Shown here: positions 61,476 through 64,000 of the stretch, one piece after another | Layout: every line of letters starts with the position of its first letter | How positions within the stretch are numbered: the first letter of the stretch is position 1 | Assembly (NCBI RefSeq): GCF_009834535.1 | Contig: NC_045696.1 | Coordinates: 119,972,001 to 120,036,000, forward strand | Length of the DNA: 64,000 nucleotides | Origin: Camelus ferus | Lineage: Eukaryota | Direction of reading: 5' to 3' | Program-made: the position numbers and the translations under genes | The notes under the pieces: generated by a model | Databases searched by the model: none | What the model was told of the DNA's origin: nothing | Seen by the model: the letters and a program-made list of their open reading frames with translations, nothing else

Positions 61476-61781
61476 CAGGGTCAGGTGGTTGGAGGGCGGA
61501 CTCCTTGGGCCCCCGGCACCCACTGCCACCTCCCTGCTGGCCTTACTCCACCAGTGGCAGTTCCCAGGTATCAGAGCTTGCGTTGGTCACTGGGCTGGGA
61601 GTCGAGGGCAGTGGCTGCTCCCCTGTCCGGTGCGTGGAGGGCTGTGGAAGAGGAGTCGGTCCCCAGTCCCGTCTTGGGAAGGTCCGCAGAGTGGAGTGGT
61701 GGGCACGGAGTGTTTGAAACTGTCAGTCAAAAGCACGGCCAGGCCTGCCTCCCTGACCAAGCCTCCTGTTCTCTTGAGCAG

Positions 61782-62001
61782 CAGCTGAAGAAGACGGTGG
61801 ACGACCTGCAGGCCAAGCTGGCCCTGGCGAAGGGCGAGTACAAGGCGGCCCTGCGGAACCTGGAGACCATCTCGGATGAGATCCACGCGCGCCGGCGCTC
61901 CGGCACCATGGGGCCCCGGGGCCGCGGCGTCGGGGCTGAGGGCAGCGGCGCGTCCGCTGAGGACCTGTCAGGAGGCAAGGGCGAGTCGGACGCTGTTTCT
62001 G
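61782..62001 (+). CDS. SH3BP5: SH3BP5 exon 7 (220 nt)
   Basis: QLKKTVDDLQAKLALAKGEYKAALRNLETISDEIHARRRSGTMGPRGRGVGAEG...DAVS; donor G|gtgagt (phase 1). Start is ambiguous by 3 nt because of tandem AG acceptors. Confidence 0.93.
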
Positions 62002-62664
62002 GTGAGTTGGGCTTATGTGACCTGCTTCCAGGGCGGAGTCCCAGAAGGGCCTGGGGGCTGTTCGGGGGCCTCCCCATTCGGTGTGACACTGTGCTCAAGA
62101 TACTACTGCGTGTCCCCAGAGTCAGGATTCTGTGGTCCAGCAAGTTTGGAGCATGTAACACCTCCGCACCTAAGATTCCAGATACGAATTAGCTATTCAA
62201 GGCTCTGAGAAGTCCTGCAGGGAAGAACCGTTGTCTAGAATAGGGACTTTGGTTTAGACTGGATTAGTGTCCTGGCCTCCCCATTATGACCAGGACAGGA
62301 CAATAAGGTTGGGTCTCCATTTCTTCACCAGTAAAGCGGGGCCTGTGGTGGTCCCTAGTCTGGTGCATTGAGTGGTGTCCAGGATCCAGTGCAGGGATGT
62401 GGGCGCTCAGGGGACGCTCCACACGTGGTGCCCGACCCCAGGGATCTCTTTCCAGGGCTATCCATTGGGGAATGGATAGTGGGGGCTGCCGTGCGCCCTT
62501 TATGTCCATCAGCCCTGTCTCTGCACACTTTCTTCGCCTTCTCTGTGGAATGCTGGCTGCTGGCTCTGCCCTGAGTTCCCCCCTCAGGTGTTTTTTTCAT
62601 TCAGCCAACAAATGTTTGTGTTAGGCCCAGGGTAAAAAGGAGATTGTAATTTGAGCATCTCTGA

Positions 62665-62815
62665 TGGGAGAACTTTAGTCTGCATCATCTCCTGAGCCCC
62701 ATGTGGAAAGAAATGTGAAGCTCAGAGAGGTCAAGTAACTTGACCAAGGCCACACAGTGAGTCGTGAAGGTGGGACGTGAACTCGGATCTAAGCCCGCTT
62801 TCTCTGCCCAGCATT
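62665..62815 (-). mobile_element. MIR remnant
   Basis: gctcagagaggtcaagtaacttgaccaaggccacacag. Confidence 0.75.
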
Positions 62816-63495
62816 ACTTCTCATTGATGGGCATCCTCGCTGGGGCGCTGCAGGCTGTTTCCACAGATGAGGGAGGAAGAAAAGGGAATAGGATTGTGTG
62901 TGGGGCTGAGGCGGCTTTCTAACCCCGAGAATGACGTGTCTCTGGGCCTTGGTTCTTTTGGTCCACAAAATAAGCGGGGTACAGACTCCAGAGCCCTGTG
63001 AAAGAACTGCATTCCTTCATGGCAAATAGTGATGTCGGTGGGCTGAGCGTGTCTTGTATGAGATCATGAGTCACCTGGGAGGTGACGAAGGCCCCAGCAG
63101 ACACGTCACACAGGGCTGTCCGGGCCTGCGGGTCTGCCTGTGGAAGGAGCTGGCCCCAGGTCTGGCCTCCTTTGTTCGTGATGCGTGGCACAGGCCAGCC
63201 CTCTTCCCGGGCACGTGGGGGCCTGTTTTGGGGACTGGGGTAGAGAGAAGCCCTGACCTGTGGCTGAATTCACCTTCCACCACCAGGCAGTGTCTGGTGA
63301 CAGTGACTTCTAGGGGGATGCTGTGGAGTGATGGTGAGGACATGAGCATCCCTGGGACCCAGTGGGGGGCCAGGTGCCTCCTGCTGGGCGTCCACGGTGG
63401 CGGGATCCTGCGGTGGCCAGGTCCCATGGGGCCCCGACCAGAGGCGCTGGGGGCCGTGGGTCAGGGCCCGGGTGACAGCTGTTCTCTCATCACAG

Positions 63496-63756
63496 TGGCC
63501 TCCGAGGCATTCGAGGATGACAACTGCAGCACCTTTGTGTCTGAAGACGACTCGGAAACCCAGTCCCTGTCCAGCTTCAGCTCGGGCCCCACCAGCCCGT
63601 TGGAGATGCCTGAGCGCTTCCCCGCGGCCGTCAGGCCCGGCAGCCTGGACCTGCCCAGCCCCGTGTCGCTGTCGGAGTTCGGGGCACTGTTCCCTGTGCT
63701 GGGCCCTCGCAGCGAATGCAGCGGGGCCTCCTCCCCCGAGTGCGAGGTAGAGCGAG
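63496..63756 (+). CDS. SH3BP5: SH3BP5 exon 8 (261 nt), contains JNK-docking KIM1 motif
   Basis: cacag acceptor; (V)ASEAFEDDNCS...AVRPGSLDLPSPVSLSEFG...SSPECEVER; donor G|gtgagc. Confidence 0.96.
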
Positions 63757-64000
63757 GTGAGCAGTGGTGCCCATCCCGTCCCATCTCAGGAGCTGTGCCC
63801 AGGGCCCCCGCAGCCGGCTCCCTGTGCCCCTGGACCTCGGATGGGTCCCTGTGCACATGCCGTCGGTGTGGGGCACACGTGGCTCCCGCCTCCACTCCTG
63901 ATCGGTCTCCTTAAAGGACAGCCCGGGTTCTGTCTCCCGTGAGACAGGGAGGGCTGTTTCCTGCTGCCAGCCAGGTGTCACACCTCTCTCTGAAGATGAG

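Larger units (their letters stand above)
1..63756 (+). other. SH3BP5: SH3BP5 gene span, exons 1-8 (5' and 3' ends outside window). Introns: 124-1787, 1851-26669, 26799-54413, 54579-59948, 60080-61056, 61100-61781, 62002-63495, 63757->64000
   Basis: Eight segments join at GT-AG junctions with compatible phases into one stop-free ORF. It matches recalled mammalian SH3BP5 (VDPRIQGELEKLNQ...FDSAWQEMLNHATQRV...PYFELKAK...RPGSLDLPSP). Confidence 0.97.

Noticed and set aside
59876..62161. Antisense ORFs over exons 5 and 7
   Set aside because: They are expected shadows of high-GC3 coding sequence, with no independent splice or start evidence.
61293..62192. 299-aa ORF as a standalone gene
   Set aside because: Only 61782-62001 is SH3BP5 exon 7; the rest is open intron, including a MER5A-like repeat.
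63054..63914. 286-aa ORF as a standalone gene
   Set aside because: It is exon 8 plus in-frame intronic read-through, with clear splice sites bounding the real exon.

Overview
Mammalian genomic DNA, probably camelid, judging from the tRNA-Ala-derived Vic-1-type SINEs. The window holds most of one + strand gene, SH3BP5 (Sab; Rab11 GEF and JNK/BTK-binding protein). Coding exon 1 is cut by the window start, exons 2-8 are complete with GT-AG junctions and a continuous open frame, and the last exon lies beyond the window end. The rest is intron, containing 15 Vic-1-type SINEs, many 5'-truncated L1 3' ends, old hAT/Tigger MITEs, MaLR/ERVL LTRs, MIR/L2 remnants and microsatellites. I see no convincing evidence of a new gene or an undescribed biological system, and almost all listed ORFs are chance or repeat-derived. 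The best second-look items are a dense RFX/CRE/ETS cluster beside a perfect 72-bp tandem duplication in intron 4, L1 insertions with candidate 3' transductions, several nested insertions, a NAGNAG acceptor at exon 7, a palindromic MER53-like hairpin, and a strong GC shift at the 3' end of the gene. Repeat family names and human protein comparisons are from memory and were not computed.
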